Positions 1-9,503 are shown, counted from the first letter of the stretch. The stretch is DNA of 64,000 nucleotides from an uncultured Chloroflexia bacterium (GCA_963788375.1 CAWBGT010000017.1:247452-311451); one strand, 5' to 3'. A program made the numbers and translations. Notes: generated from the letters alone by a model not told the origin.

Positions 1-937
1 ATCCATGCGCATGGGGCGGTGTCTCCTGGCTGGCCGATGGCGGAGCGGTGGGGCGGACCGCCTCGAGGCGGCGTCGTGCCTCGGCCGGATCCACGTGGGC
101 GAGGGGAAGGGCGCCGCGCCCTTCGACGGCAAACGATGCCGAGACGGCACCATGGCGGGCGGCGTCGATGGCATCAGGCCGGCCGGCGTACGCGGCCAGG
201 AAGCCGCCGCAGTAGGTGTCGCCGGCACCTGTCGGGTCCACGACCCGTGCCGGCGCGGCCGCAATATGGTGTGTCACCCCGTCCGGACCGCACACGATGC
301 TGCCCTCCGGCCCCAGCTTGATGACGACGGCCTCCGGCCCAGTAGTCGCGAAGGATCGGGCCGCCCCTTCAGGATCGTCGAGCCCGACGAGCTGGCGCGC
401 CTCCTTCCGGCTGGGCAGGAACAGGTCAACCTCGCCGAGGAGGGCGAGCAGCTCCGTCTCGTTGCCAACGACGTGGTCATCGTGGGGATCGAGGGAGATC
501 ACGCGCACCCCGGCGGAGCGGAGATGACGCACCAGTTCCACCTGGATCGAGAACGGCATCGGCGCGACATGGCAAGCGTCGACATGCCCGAGCGCGCCCG
601 GCAGCTCGTCGGGGCGGATCGACTGGTCCTCGTGGGAGCCGGAGTCGTCCGTGATCGCCATGCCGCGGAGGTCGCCCGGCTCGTAGTGGATCCGGTTGTG
701 GATGCCCGGGGCTGCAACCGGGACCAGGTGCAGGTCCAGGCCGGCGCGCTCGAGGTCACGGATGTGGGCGGCCGGGAAGTCCGGACCCATCCGGGCGGCC
801 ATCCCGACCCCCGACCGCCAGATGGCGGCGCCCAGCGCGCCGTAGACCGCGTTGCCGCCGCACTGGGCCGTCGACCAGGTGCCGTCGGGCAGGACGACGT
901 CGTCGATCGTGAAGCAGCCGAGCACGAGGAGCGTCAT
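1..937 (-). CDS. PfkB-family (ribokinase-like) carbohydrate kinase; C-terminus runs off the left window edge
   Basis: Open frame from the ATG (complement of 935-937) to the window edge. It translates MTLLVLGCFTIDDVVLPDGTWSTAQCGGNAVYGALGAAIW. PfkB signature DPTGAGDTYCGGFLAAY is encoded around 190-238. Absent from the ORF track because there is no stop inside the window. Confidence 0.85.
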   Translation of the reverse strand, partial: MTLLVLGCFTIDDVVLPDGTWSTAQCGGNAVYGALGAAIWRSGVGMAARMGPDFPAAHIRDLERAGLDLHLVPVAAPGIHNRIHYEPGDLRGMAITDDSGSHEDQSIRPDELPGALGHVDACHVAPMPFSIQVELVRHLRSAGVRVISLDPHDDHVVGNETELLALLGEVDLFLPSRKEARQLVGLDDPEGAARSFATTGPEAVVIKLGPEGSIVCGPDGVTHHIAAAPARVVDPTGAGDTYCGGFLAAYAGRPDAIDAARHGAVSASFAVEGRGALPLAHVDPAEARRRLEAVRPTAPPSASQETPPHAHG

Positions 938-1122
938 GCGCACCATTCTCGGGGAAGCGACCCCGCGAATTCACGCCCCGGCTCCGCGCGCCCGTGTGAC
1001 CGCGCCAGTTCGAGCGATCCCGGGTCGCGCCAGCGCCGGCACGCGCGTACGCTCATCCCACCAGCGTCCGCCATCGCCAGCCGGCGCTTGCCATCGCACA
1101 CCCGCGTCCGCCCGGAGAGCCC

Positions 1123-1650
1123 ATGTCGTTCCTTGACCTCGCCCGCCGTCGGCACAGCGTCCGGAGCTACCGGCCAGACACCGTGCCGGACGATCAGCTG
1201 GCCGCGGTCCTCGAGGCCGCCCGGGTCGCGCCCACCGCTGCCAACCGCCAGCCGTTCCGCGTGATCGTCATCCACACCGCCGGCCGCGAGGCTGAGCTGC
1301 GCCGGATCTATGACCGTGATTGGTTCACGGGAGCACCCATCGTCCTCTGCGTGTGCGCGGTCCGCGGCGAGGCCTGGGCCCGGACGATGTACGACGGGCG
1401 CAGCCATGCCGACGTCGACGCAGCGATCGTGATGGACCACATGGTGCTCGCGGCCGCCGATCTCGGCCTCGGGACGTGCTGGATCGCCGCATTCGACCCG
1501 ACGGCGGCGCGCGAGGTGCTCGACATCCCGCCGGACGCCGAACCGATGCTGTTCACGCCGCTCGGCTGGCCCGCGGAGGACGGCGACGCTTCGGCTCGCC
1601 ACCTGCAGCGACGTCCGCTCGAGGAGCTGGTGCGCTACGAGCGCTGGTGA
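1123..1650 (+). CDS. Nitroreductase-family protein
   Basis: 175-aa ORF. N-terminus LARRRHSVRSYRPDTVPDDQLAAVLEAARVAPTAANRQPFR and CWIAAFD are typical of the NADH/FMN nitroreductase fold. Confidence 0.9.
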   Translation: MSFLDLARRRHSVRSYRPDTVPDDQLAAVLEAARVAPTAANRQPFRVIVIHTAGREAELRRIYDRDWFTGAPIVLCVCAVRGEAWARTMYDGRSHADVDAAIVMDHMVLAAADLGLGTCWIAAFDPTAAREVLDIPPDAEPMLFTPLGWPAEDGDASARHLQRRPLEELVRYERW

Positions 1651-1672
1651 GCCGCCGGCAGAGGAGCCCGTC

Positions 1673-2722
1673 GTGCCAGGCCGGGCGGCTCTGGATGGTC
1701 GGAGCCCGGCCGTGATGGGGGATCAGGCTGCCCGCCGCCATCGTGGCGAGCTGTTTGCTGCCCTGGCCGCCATGGGCTTCGGGTCCGCGTACGTCGCGAC
1801 GTCGTTCGCGCTGCTGGCCTTCGAGCCGGTGCCGGCCGCCGCGTGGCGGAGCTTCCTGGCGGCGATCGCTGTCGGGGTCATCGTGCTGGTGCGCAGGCTT
1901 CGTGGCGATGCGACCGGGCCGGAGAGCATCGCGCCTGCCGACGTGCCGACCGTGCCGCACCGTACGCCGGCCTCCGTCGAGGCGGATCCGCCCCCCACCG
2001 CCCGCGCGATCCGGTTGCTGGTGCTGGCGACCTTCGGCGGGCCCCTCTTCCTGGCGTCGATGAACCTCGCGGTGGCGCACGTCGGGGCGGCGATCGCCGC
2101 CTTCGTCGCGGGCCTGTATGCCGTGCTCTCCGCCGTGATCGCGCCGGTCCTGCTGCCCGAGCGACTGACCACGCGGGTGCTGGCAGGGTTCCTGCTGGCC
2201 CTCCTCGGCACGGCCCTGCTCGCGGAGCTGGACCCGGACGCCACCGACATCGCGGGCATGGGCTGGGGCCTCCTCGCCGCCACCTCGTTCGCGCTCTACC
2301 TGGTGCTCGCCCGCCGCTGGTCGCGGAGCTACCGGCTGGACGGCCTGACGGTCGCGCTCTCCATCGGCGTCCTCACCGCCCTGGTGCTCGGCGGGTTCGT
2401 GCTCCTGACGGATCCGGCGCTGCTCACGCCATCCCCCGTACCCGCCGACGCGATCATCGCAATGGGCTGGCTCGCGGCCGTGGCGGCGCTCGGGCCGATC
2501 CTCATGGTCGCGAGCGTCCGGCTCATCCCGGCGGCCCGCTCGGCGGCGTTCCTGCTGCTCAACCCGATCACGGCGACCGTGCTCGCCGTCATCCTCCTGG
2601 GCGAGCGGCCGTCGCCACTCCAGCTCGCGGGCGGCGTGCTGGTGCTTCTGGGGATGGCCGCGGCGACGATCCCGGGCCGGGGAGGGCACGACCGTGCCGA
2701 CCGGAGGCCGGGTCCTGCCTGA
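1673..2722 (+). CDS. DMT (EamA-like) family transporter
   Basis: 349-aa polytopic membrane protein with two EamA-like halves (FAALAAMGFGSAYVATSF ... LLLNPITATVLAVILLGERPSPLQLAGGVLVLLG). Start is uncertain: GTG 1673 or ATG 1715. Confidence 0.85.
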   Translation: MPGRAALDGRSPAVMGDQAARRHRGELFAALAAMGFGSAYVATSFALLAFEPVPAAAWRSFLAAIAVGVIVLVRRLRGDATGPESIAPADVPTVPHRTPASVEADPPPTARAIRLLVLATFGGPLFLASMNLAVAHVGAAIAAFVAGLYAVLSAVIAPVLLPERLTTRVLAGFLLALLGTALLAELDPDATDIAGMGWGLLAATSFALYLVLARRWSRSYRLDGLTVALSIGVLTALVLGGFVLLTDPALLTPSPVPADAIIAMGWLAAVAALGPILMVASVRLIPAARSAAFLLLNPITATVLAVILLGERPSPLQLAGGVLVLLGMAAATIPGRGGHDRADRRPGPA

Positions 2723-3234
2723 GGGATCCCTGGTCGCCATCGGATCCGATGCCTGGCGGCACCGCCTGTGACAGCCAAGGTGGCGCAGCACCCGGCGACG
2801 ATGCCCTCAAACACCCGGGGGAAATGGCCGCCACTGCGGCCGTCCTCGGCTCCTCGTGGTCACCGCTCGTCGAGGCGATGGGGGAGGAGCGTGCCGTCTC
2901 GCTGTTCGCGGAGGCCGCCCGGATGGTCGTCGCCCAGGTCCTCCCCTCGCCCCACCCGCGCCGTGAGGCGATCCAGACGACCCGTGCCTTGGCGACTGCG
3001 TGGTCGAGAGCGTCTACGAGGGGCCGTAGGCGACCGACAAGGCAGCCGCACCCGCCGCGGCCGATAAGGCAGCCGCACCCGCGGCGCCCGATCTTTGAGG
3101 TACCCCGCGCGCCTCCCGTGGGGTCGATGCCCGATTTCAGCGTGCCTGCCAATGCGGAGGATGCGGACATCGAAGGACGCCGGTCCCGAAGGCGCGGAAA
3201 CCTCGGGCCCGGGCCGGTGTCAACGGAGGGTCAC

Positions 3235-3600
3235 ATGTCCGCAGCGCTTCGTTTCGTCCAGACGACACCGTCCATGCGCCCCATGGGGGCCGCGTTTGCC
3301 GGGATCGCCGTCGTCGCCACCCTGGCGGGCGTGCTGGCATTCGGCCAGTCGGCGACGTCCAGGCCGCAGGACTTCCCGGCCGCCGCCGCCGCGCCGGTCA
3401 TCCACGACCACGGCTGGAGCTCGGCCCCGGCCGCCGCCGCCGTGCCGGTCATCCACGACCACGGCTGGAGCTCGGCCCCGGCTGCCCCCGCCCCGGGTGT
3501 CCCGTACCACCGCGGCTGGATCTCCGCGCCCCCGGCTCCGGCCGAAGACTCACGGCCAGCCGGCTCGGGCGGCTCGAACGGCACGCGCTTTGCGAAGTGA
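3235..3600 (+). CDS. Small signal-anchored protein with His/Trp-containing tandem repeats
   Basis: Only the last 121 codons of the 585-aa track ORF look real. They read MSAALRFVQTTPSMRPMGAAFAGIAVVATLAGVLAF (hydrophobic anchor), then PVIHDHGWSSAPAA twice plus the degenerate PYHRGWISAPPAPA. Confidence 0.55.
   Translation: MSAALRFVQTTPSMRPMGAAFAGIAVVATLAGVLAFGQSATSRPQDFPAAAAAPVIHDHGWSSAPAAAAVPVIHDHGWSSAPAAPAPGVPYHRGWISAPPAPAEDSRPAGSGGSNGTRFAK
3394..3481 (+). repeat. 51-bp period direct repeat inside the small repeat-protein gene
   Basis: The 37-nt string ccggtcatccacgaccacggctggagctcggccccgg occurs at 3394-3430 and again at 3445-3481. Confidence 0.9.
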
Positions 3601-3740
3601 TCATGGGTGCCGGCCGGCGCGAGCCGCCGGCACGAGACCAGGAGCGCCGTCCCGGCTGGGGCGGCGCTTCCTCGCGAGTGGAGGCCTGGCCCTGCGAGTG
3701 GAGCCCCGGGGCCTTGTCGTGCCGCCGTACCATCGTCGCC

Positions 3741-6700
3741 ATGGTCACCCGGGTCTCGAGCCCAGTCCTGATCGGCCGTGACCGCGATCGCGCGGCCCTG
3801 CTCCGCGAGATCACGGCCAGCGCGGCGGGCGCCCCGCGGTTTGTCGTCGTGCGGGGCGAAGCCGGAATCGGCAAGTCGCGCCTGGTGCGGGAAGCCACGG
3901 ATGCGGCCCAGGCGCATGGTGCGCTGGTTCTCGTCGGCGAGTGTCTCGACATCGGATCCGATGGGCTGCCCTATCTCCCGATCGCCGCAGCCCTGCGCGG
4001 GCTTGCCCGGGCGGTCCCGGCGGAGACGCTGGAGGAGTTGCTCGGACCGGCTCGCGGCGACCTCGCGGCGATCGTGCCGGAGCTGGCCGCGGACGGAGCC
4101 CCCGCGCCGATCGAGGGCGGGGCACCGGGCACGCTCCCGTCGGGCCTCGGGCAGGCGCGGCTGTTCGAGCGCATTCTCGGCCTGCTGGACGCGTTGTCGG
4201 ATGCCGGCCCGACCATCGTCGCCATCGAGGACGTCCACTGGATCGACCGCGCGACACGGGACCTGATCACGTTCCTGTCGCGCAACCTCAGCACGGAGCG
4301 CCTGGCGGTCATCCTGACCTGCCGGGACGCTGACCTGCCGCGTGGGCACCCGATCCTCGGCTGGCTCGCGGAGATCGAACGGCTCGAGGCCACAGCCGTC
4401 ATCGAGCTCAGGCGGCTGGGCCGCGACGATGTCGAACAGCAGCTGCGCCTGATCGGGGACGAGCATCCCGCGCCCGACGCCGTGGATCACATCTGGCGGC
4501 GCTCCGAGGGCAACCCGCTGCTCGTCGAGGAGCTGTTCGCCTCCGGGACAACCGAGGACCCGCGGTCCGTGGTCGACGTCCTGCTGGCGCGAGTCGCGCG
4601 CCTCGATCCGGACGCCCGGAGGCTCGTCGATGCGGCGGCCGTCGCCGGTCGACCCGTCGACGACCGTCTGCTGGCGGAGGTGCTGGACATCCCCGAGGCG
4701 GAGGTCGACGGACCCCTGCGCGCCGCCCTCGATGCACGCGTGCTGGAGCTGGCGCCCGCGTCGGCCGGGGTCCGGTTCCGGCACGAGCTGCTGCGCGAGG
4801 TCGTGGAGGCAGAGCTGCTCCCCGGGACCCGCCGCCGCCTCCACGAGCGGTATGCGCGCCGGATCGAGGGCCGCCCGGAGCTGGCCGACACGAGTCCCGT
4901 GGGTGCCGCCGCCGAGCTTGCCCACCATTTCCACGCGGCGGGCCTGGTCGCCGAGGCCTATACGCATTCGATCCGGGCGGCCACTGCGGCCGAGGCCGTC
5001 CATGCGCACGCAGACGCCCATCGCCATCTCGAGCTCGCGCTCGACCTCGAGCCCCGCCTGCCACCGGGAATGGACGACGACGACGGGCGTGTCAGCCTCC
5101 GCCAACGGGCAGCCGACGCAGCTGATCTAGCCGGCGAATTTGCCCGGGCGATGGAGTTGACGCGCTCCGCGCTGGCCCTGGTCGACGCGGCGCTGGATCC
5201 AGTCACCGCCGGCATGCTCTATTCCAGGATCGGCTACCTGCAGTGGAGCCTCGGGGATAGCGCCACGGCGCTCGACGCGCATCGAGAGGCAGTGCGCCTC
5301 GTTCCGGACGACCCTCCCACCTCGGAGCGCGCACGGGTGCTCGCATCGCTGGGCGGCGCGCTCATGGGAGCCGGCCGCTGGGCCGAGTCCCGCGAGGTCT
5401 GCGAGGCCGCCATCACCTGCGCCGCGGCGGCCGCAGCACCCGGGGAGGAGAGCCGGGCCCGGAACATGCTCGGGTCGGACCTGGTTGCGCTGGGCGCGAT
5501 CGACGACGGGATCGCGCAGCTCCGCGAGGCGTGCCGGCTCGCCGAGCAGACCGGTCAGGCCGACATCCTCATCGTCGGGTACTACAACCTCGCGCTGAAC
5601 CTCGCCACCGCGGACCGGCTCGACGAGGCCCTTGCCGCTGCAGTGGCCGGCCGCGAGGCGGCGCAGGCCGCGGGCCTGGAGCGGAGGTTCGGGCAGGAGC
5701 TCGCCGCGCTGACCGGCGACATCCTGCTCCGGCTCGGGCATGTCGACCGGGCCCTGGATGTCCTGGCGGGCGGCCTCGCGCTGACCCCGGGTGGCCACGG
5801 GAGCGTGTACCTGTCGGCCGTCCGCGCGCGGATCGCCGGCATCTGCGGCGACATCGCGGGCGTCGAGCGGCAGCTTGGTGGCATCGACCTGGCAGCGCTG
5901 GATCCGGACGTCGCCGGGTACGTCGCGGCGGTGCTGGCCGAGGCGTACGCCTGGTCGGATCGCCCCGCCGACGCCCTGGCCGCGGCCGGGGCGGGTCTCC
6001 GCCAGCTGCAGGGCCTCGAGGACGTGCTGTGGACCGCGCCGCTCGTGGCCCACGGGCTCCGGGCATGTGCGGAGCTCGTGGAGAGTGCGCGGGCCCACAG
6101 GTCCGAAGCCGGGCTGGCCGCAGCGATCGACGGCATCGTCCCGTTGCGAGCACACCTCGAGTGGCTTGCGACGCGGGTCACGACGACCAGCGGACGGGGA
6201 TGGGTATCGAGCGCCCGGGGCGAGCTGGCCAGGGCCGATGGTGGAGACGGCACCGGAGACTGGCAGGCGGCGGTCGAGGCGTTCGACACGATCCCGGACC
6301 CGCTCGCTGCCGCCTACGCCCGACTGCGCGCGGCCGAGGCCTCGCTCCGCACGACGGGGGTGCGCGCAGACGTGGGAGCGATGATCCGCGAGGCGGCCAC
6401 GGTCGCCGAGGAGGCCGGGGCGCGGCCACTCGGCGCGGCCGTGGCGACGCTGGCCGCCCGCGCTCGCATCGACACGAGGGCCGTCGTGAGCGTTGCCGGT
6501 GATCCAGCTCCCCAGGCGGAGGTGTCGACCGCGTCCGATCCCCGGGCAGCCGCGCTCGCACTCGGCCTGTCTGCGCGCGAGGTGGAGGTGCTGGAGCTGG
6601 TGGCCGCGGGCATGTCGAACGGCGAGATCGCCGACCGCCTGTTCATCACGCGCAAGACGGCTGCGGTGCACGTCACGCACATCCTGGACAAGCTCGACGT

Positions 6701-6794
6701 GCCGAACCGCGTGGCGGCCGCCATGGTTGCGGCGCGCGTCGGCCTCAACGCCGGCGGCGCGCCCGATGACCCGGACAGAGCGCCGCCGGCGTGA
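3741..6794 (+). CDS. Large ATP-binding LuxR-family transcriptional regulator (LAL/MalT-like: AAA ATPase + TPR-like middle + C-terminal HTH)
   Basis: Walker A in VVVRGEAGIGKSRLV. The long helical repeat region is Ala/Leu-rich. C-terminal LuxR HTH reads LSAREVEVLELVAAGMSNGEIADRLFITRKTAAVHVTHILDKL. ATG 3741 (MVTRVSSPVLIGRDRD) is preferred over the upstream GTG 3597. Confidence 0.9.
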   Translation: MVTRVSSPVLIGRDRDRAALLREITASAAGAPRFVVVRGEAGIGKSRLVREATDAAQAHGALVLVGECLDIGSDGLPYLPIAAALRGLARAVPAETLEELLGPARGDLAAIVPELAADGAPAPIEGGAPGTLPSGLGQARLFERILGLLDALSDAGPTIVAIEDVHWIDRATRDLITFLSRNLSTERLAVILTCRDADLPRGHPILGWLAEIERLEATAVIELRRLGRDDVEQQLRLIGDEHPAPDAVDHIWRRSEGNPLLVEELFASGTTEDPRSVVDVLLARVARLDPDARRLVDAAAVAGRPVDDRLLAEVLDIPEAEVDGPLRAALDARVLELAPASAGVRFRHELLREVVEAELLPGTRRRLHERYARRIEGRPELADTSPVGAAAELAHHFHAAGLVAEAYTHSIRAATAAEAVHAHADAHRHLELALDLEPRLPPGMDDDDGRVSLRQRAADAADLAGEFARAMELTRSALALVDAALDPVTAGMLYSRIGYLQWSLGDSATALDAHREAVRLVPDDPPTSERARVLASLGGALMGAGRWAESREVCEAAITCAAAAAAPGEESRARNMLGSDLVALGAIDDGIAQLREACRLAEQTGQADILIVGYYNLALNLATADRLDEALAAAVAGREAAQAAGLERRFGQELAALTGDILLRLGHVDRALDVLAGGLALTPGGHGSVYLSAVRARIAGICGDIAGVERQLGGIDLAALDPDVAGYVAAVLAEAYAWSDRPADALAAAGAGLRQLQGLEDVLWTAPLVAHGLRACAELVESARAHRSEAGLAAAIDGIVPLRAHLEWLATRVTTTSGRGWVSSARGELARADGGDGTGDWQAAVEAFDTIPDPLAAAYARLRAAEASLRTTGVRADVGAMIREAATVAEEAGARPLGAAVATLAARARIDTRAVVSVAGDPAPQAEVSTASDPRAAALALGLSAREVEVLELVAAGMSNGEIADRLFITRKTAAVHVTHILDKLDVPNRVAAAMVAARVGLNAGGAPDDPDRAPPA

Positions 6795-6804
6795 CCTCTC
6801 TGGG

Positions 6805-7227
6805 TCAGACCACCCGGCCCCGGAAGACTTCGGAGTAGATCTGGACCGGGATCTGCCCGGCCGCGTCGGGCGCGCCGATCGAGAGGTCCTTGATCACGCG
6901 CCCCGCCAGCTGGTTGGCCTCGGTGACCGCCGCGACACACGCGAGCAGCTGGCCCGGCGCGTTCGTCATCCAGCACGTCGTGACATCCGACCCGTCATCG
7001 TTTGCGATGTCGTTCTCGATCGGGCGCGGCTGATAGCCCGCGTCCGTGAGGATACGGATGGCCTCGTCCTCCTGGCCGTGGGTGACGGCGAACGCGAAGT
7101 CGCCACCCTGCTCCACGTTGCTGCCCCCCGCGGCCTCGATGTTGATCCCCGCCTGCGCGAGCACCTCGAGGAACGCCATCAGGTCTGCCGGTGACCTGGC
7201 CGGGATCGCCCGGATCTGCAGATGCAT
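6805..7227 (-). CDS. Hypothetical protein, ACT-like small-molecule-binding fold suspected
   Basis: 140 codons from MHLQIRAIPARSPADLMAFLEVLAQAGINIEAAGG. GGAGAGG lies 5 nt upstream of the ATG (complement of 7225-7227). The function call is weak. Confidence 0.55.
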   Translation of the reverse strand: MHLQIRAIPARSPADLMAFLEVLAQAGINIEAAGGSNVEQGGDFAFAVTHGQEDEAIRILTDAGYQPRPIENDIANDDGSDVTTCWMTNAPGQLLACVAAVTEANQLAGRVIKDLSIGAPDAAGQIPVQIYSEVFRGRVV

Positions 7228-7395
7228 GGTTGCCTCTCCATTGCTTCTGGGCCCCGCGAGCCAGCGGACGCTGCTGCAGATCGCCCACTCTAGACCCCTC
7301 GTCTCCGGAGTCAATGGGGAGGGGCCGCACCTTCCTGACGAGGGTGCGACCCCGAGCCGCTTCACCGGCCGGCCGGTTGCCCCGCCGAGTCAACG

Positions 7396-7605
7396 TCACG
7401 CCGATGCGGTCGACGCCCCGCTGGAAGCGGACGGCCAGATCGCCCCGAACAGGCGGGTGAGACGGTCGCGGAAGCGGACCGCGTCGATCGCGCCGGACGG
7501 GGCCGCGGATCCAGCCAGCCGGACCAGCCGCTGGCGCTCGGCGTACCGGTGGTCCTCGGCCATCCTGAGCTTGGCCAGTTCGTACATCGTCTCCGGGTGG
7601 TACAT
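7396..7605 (-). CDS. Small hypothetical protein (69 aa)
   Basis: ORF MYHPETMYELAKLRMAEDHRYAERQRLVRLAG with a GAGGGA-like Shine-Dalgarno 7 nt upstream. No recognisable domain. Confidence 0.35.
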   Translation of the reverse strand: MYHPETMYELAKLRMAEDHRYAERQRLVRLAGSAAPSGAIDAVRFRDRLTRLFGAIWPSASSGASTASA

Positions 7606-7786
7606 CGTGGTGTCCCTCGTGCTCTGTGTGCCGTCATCGGCACTGGGGACATCCTCTGCTCGAGGCGAGCGTGTGCCATCGGGCCGGAGCCGCAGCGGTA
7701 GCGGCGCCCCTGCCTCAAAGATCGGTCGCCGCGCCGCCCGCCTGCCTTACCGCCTCGACGGGGACCGGGTCGATCGAGTCCCGGTG

Positions 7787-7850
7787 GCGCGAGCGAAGGC
7801 TGCCCGCGCGCGAGCGAAGGCTGCCCGCGCGCGAGCGAAGGCTGCCCCGC
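7787..7850. repeat. Tandem repeat, 21-bp unit x3 (gcgcgagcgaaggctgcccgc)
   Basis: Units at 7787-7807 and 7808-7828, then 7829-7850 with one extra c. Located in an intergenic region. Confidence 0.95.
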
Positions 7851-7911
7851 ACCCGATCCGGCCGCCCCGCGGCCAACTTGTCGGCTGCGTTCGTCGGATC
7901 GTCCGCCCGGC

Positions 7912-7944
7912 GGCCATCGGACGGCCATCGGACGGCCATCGGAC
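7912..7944. repeat. Tandem repeat, 11-bp unit x3 (ggccatcggac)
   Basis: Three perfect head-to-tail copies read directly from the sequence. Confidence 0.95.
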
Positions 7945-8024
7945 GGGAAACGGTTGGATCACCGGGGTCGGTGGCCCTGATAGCGGACGATCCGTCGGTT
8001 CTGGCCGTCGGATGGGCCGCCAGG

Positions 8025-8047
8025 CCAGTCAGCCAGTCAGCCAGTCA
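8025..8047. repeat. Tandem repeat, 8-bp unit x3 (ccagtcag)
   Basis: ccagtcagccagtcagccagtca read directly from the sequence. Confidence 0.9.
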
Positions 8048-8148
8048 AGGCGGACACATGCCCCGCTGTCGTCGATCCGCGCTCGGCAGACGGCGTGATC
8101 CTGGGTCCGGGCGGGCCAGGACCGCGTACGGCGGCCCACCTTCGGGGA

Positions 8149-8274
8149 TCAGCGCGACGAACGGGGTTCCGGACGCCCGGCGCCAGCGCGACGCGCGGTA
8201 TCGGACGATCCTGAGACACCGCGACGAAGGCGAGCCCGTGTCTCCGGATCCAGGGTGATTGTGGTGCGCTCCAT
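8149..8274 (-). other. Possible remnant of a ribbon-helix-helix/VapB-like antitoxin ORF (41 codons)
   Basis: It starts MERTTITLDPETRARL, the same opening as the vapB genes in this window. It then degenerates into Arg/Gly/Ser-rich sequence. No partner toxin is present. Confidence 0.25.
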
Positions 8275-8290
8275 GCCGCTGCCCCGCACG

Positions 8291-9247
8291 TCAGTGCAGG
8301 ACGTCCGGGGGCTCGAACCCCCAGGCATCCTCGGGGTCCGGCGACTCCGCCCAGCGCACCTGGTCCCAGTCCGTGCCAGGGTGGCCGACAAGGCCGTCCT
8401 CGACTTCGAGCCCGCCGCGCCGCACGACCTCCACGAATGGCGGAAGCGGCCGGCGGAAGATGTCCGGCGCCTCGGTTGCCGCGAGCTCCAGCAGCTCCGC
8501 GAGCTCGATGACCGGCGGCCCGAACCAGCTGGGGTCGGGACCGATCACGCGCTGCGCGAGACGGGCCAGCCTGATGCCGGCAGCATCCACATGCACACCC
8601 GTGACGGCGCGCCGGTCCAGCCCGACCGCCGAGATGGTCCCACCACTCACCGTGATCCCGAGCAGCTGGCGCGTGCCGAGGACCGGCATCCACCCGGGCG
8701 GCCCGTGGAGCACGTGGGTGAAGCGGGTCTCCCACAGGAACTCGCGGAGATTCTCCTCGTCGTTTCCGGGCGGCATCCCCAGCTCGTCGAGGAAGCCGAG
8801 GAGGATGCCGGCCGTCTCATCGCCGATCTCGGCGCGAACGTCCACGACGTCGTCCTCGTCGAGGAGCGGCAGGTCGAAGTAGTCGCCGAGGTAGTCGAGG
8901 TGGACGGAATCCCCGCTCCGGACCTGGTGCGCGTGCGGCGCCAGCCGCTCGACCAGGGACAGGTCATCCCGGACCAGCACGATCTCCTCCCGGCGCTCGA
9001 GCGACGTCAGACGGACCGTGAACATCGCCCCCTCCAGCTGGTCGGCCAGCGAGAACCAGCGGCCGTCAGGGCCCTCGAGGAACGCCGGGTTGTACCCGAT
9101 GGCCGTCCTGACGGCGGCCTGGGGGTCCTTCGCCCGGGTCCGCCCAGCGGCCACGATCGCAGGCACCAGCCCCTCGAGCGGCATGGGACCGCGCTCGCGG
9201 ATCAGTTCCAGTGCGGTCTCGGCGATGGTGGGACCGCGTCTGGGCAT
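8291..9247 (-). CDS. Hypothetical protein with an N-terminal HARE-HTH-like domain
   Basis: 318 codons from MPRRGPTIAETALELIRERGPMPLEGLVPAIVAAGRTRAKDPQAAVRTAIGYNPAFLEGPDGRWF, which resembles the RpoE-delta/HARE winged helix. AGGAGG lies 9 nt upstream of the ATG. The C-terminal 230 aa are unrecognised. Confidence 0.7.
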   Translation of the reverse strand: MPRRGPTIAETALELIRERGPMPLEGLVPAIVAAGRTRAKDPQAAVRTAIGYNPAFLEGPDGRWFSLADQLEGAMFTVRLTSLERREEIVLVRDDLSLVERLAPHAHQVRSGDSVHLDYLGDYFDLPLLDEDDVVDVRAEIGDETAGILLGFLDELGMPPGNDEENLREFLWETRFTHVLHGPPGWMPVLGTRQLLGITVSGGTISAVGLDRRAVTGVHVDAAGIRLARLAQRVIGPDPSWFGPPVIELAELLELAATEAPDIFRRPLPPFVEVVRRGGLEVEDGLVGHPGTDWDQVRWAESPDPEDAWGFEPPDVLH

Positions 9248-9503
9248 GGCAACGCACCTCCTGTCCGCCAGTGTGACCGAGACGGCTTCGCCGCGGATTG
9301 CGCCGCTGCGGGTCGAGTCGCTGCCGCCGGTCGTCCAGATTGGACCGCAGTCGTCCACGCCGGATCCTCGTGCACGTGACGATAGGGGACACCCGCGCGA
9401 CGTTGCCTGTCGCGGCATCGGGCTGGCCCGGCGGGATCGGCAGCCCGGGTCGTCGGCCGGCAATGACATCCAAGGTGGCACGACGGAGGACGAGGATGCC
9501 CCC

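Noticed and set aside
2824-3070. Small plus-strand ORF MAATAAVLGSSWSPLVEAMGEERAVSLFAEAARMVVAQVL in the gap after the DMT gene.
   Set aside because: It has high GC3 for only ~55 codons before degenerating into Arg/Pro-rich sequence with an 18-nt near-direct repeat (around 3038-3082). It has no SD with good spacing and no recognisable family.
1843-3600. The 585-aa ORF taken as one gene.
   Set aside because: The first ~460 codons overlap the DMT transporter in another frame and are Arg/Pro-rich. Only the final 121 codons (3235-3600) have signal-anchor plus repeat features.
3231-5105. Very long ORFs in the track (for example 3231-5105 minus, 13279-15480 minus, 33192-36164 minus, 55639-58392 minus, 59586-61952 minus, 42400-44640 minus, 5-1264 plus).
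   Set aside because: Their translations are dominated by Arg/Pro/Gly/Ala runs with no motifs. Each lies opposite or out of frame to a gene with clear family signatures. They are typical shadow ORFs of ~70% GC DNA.
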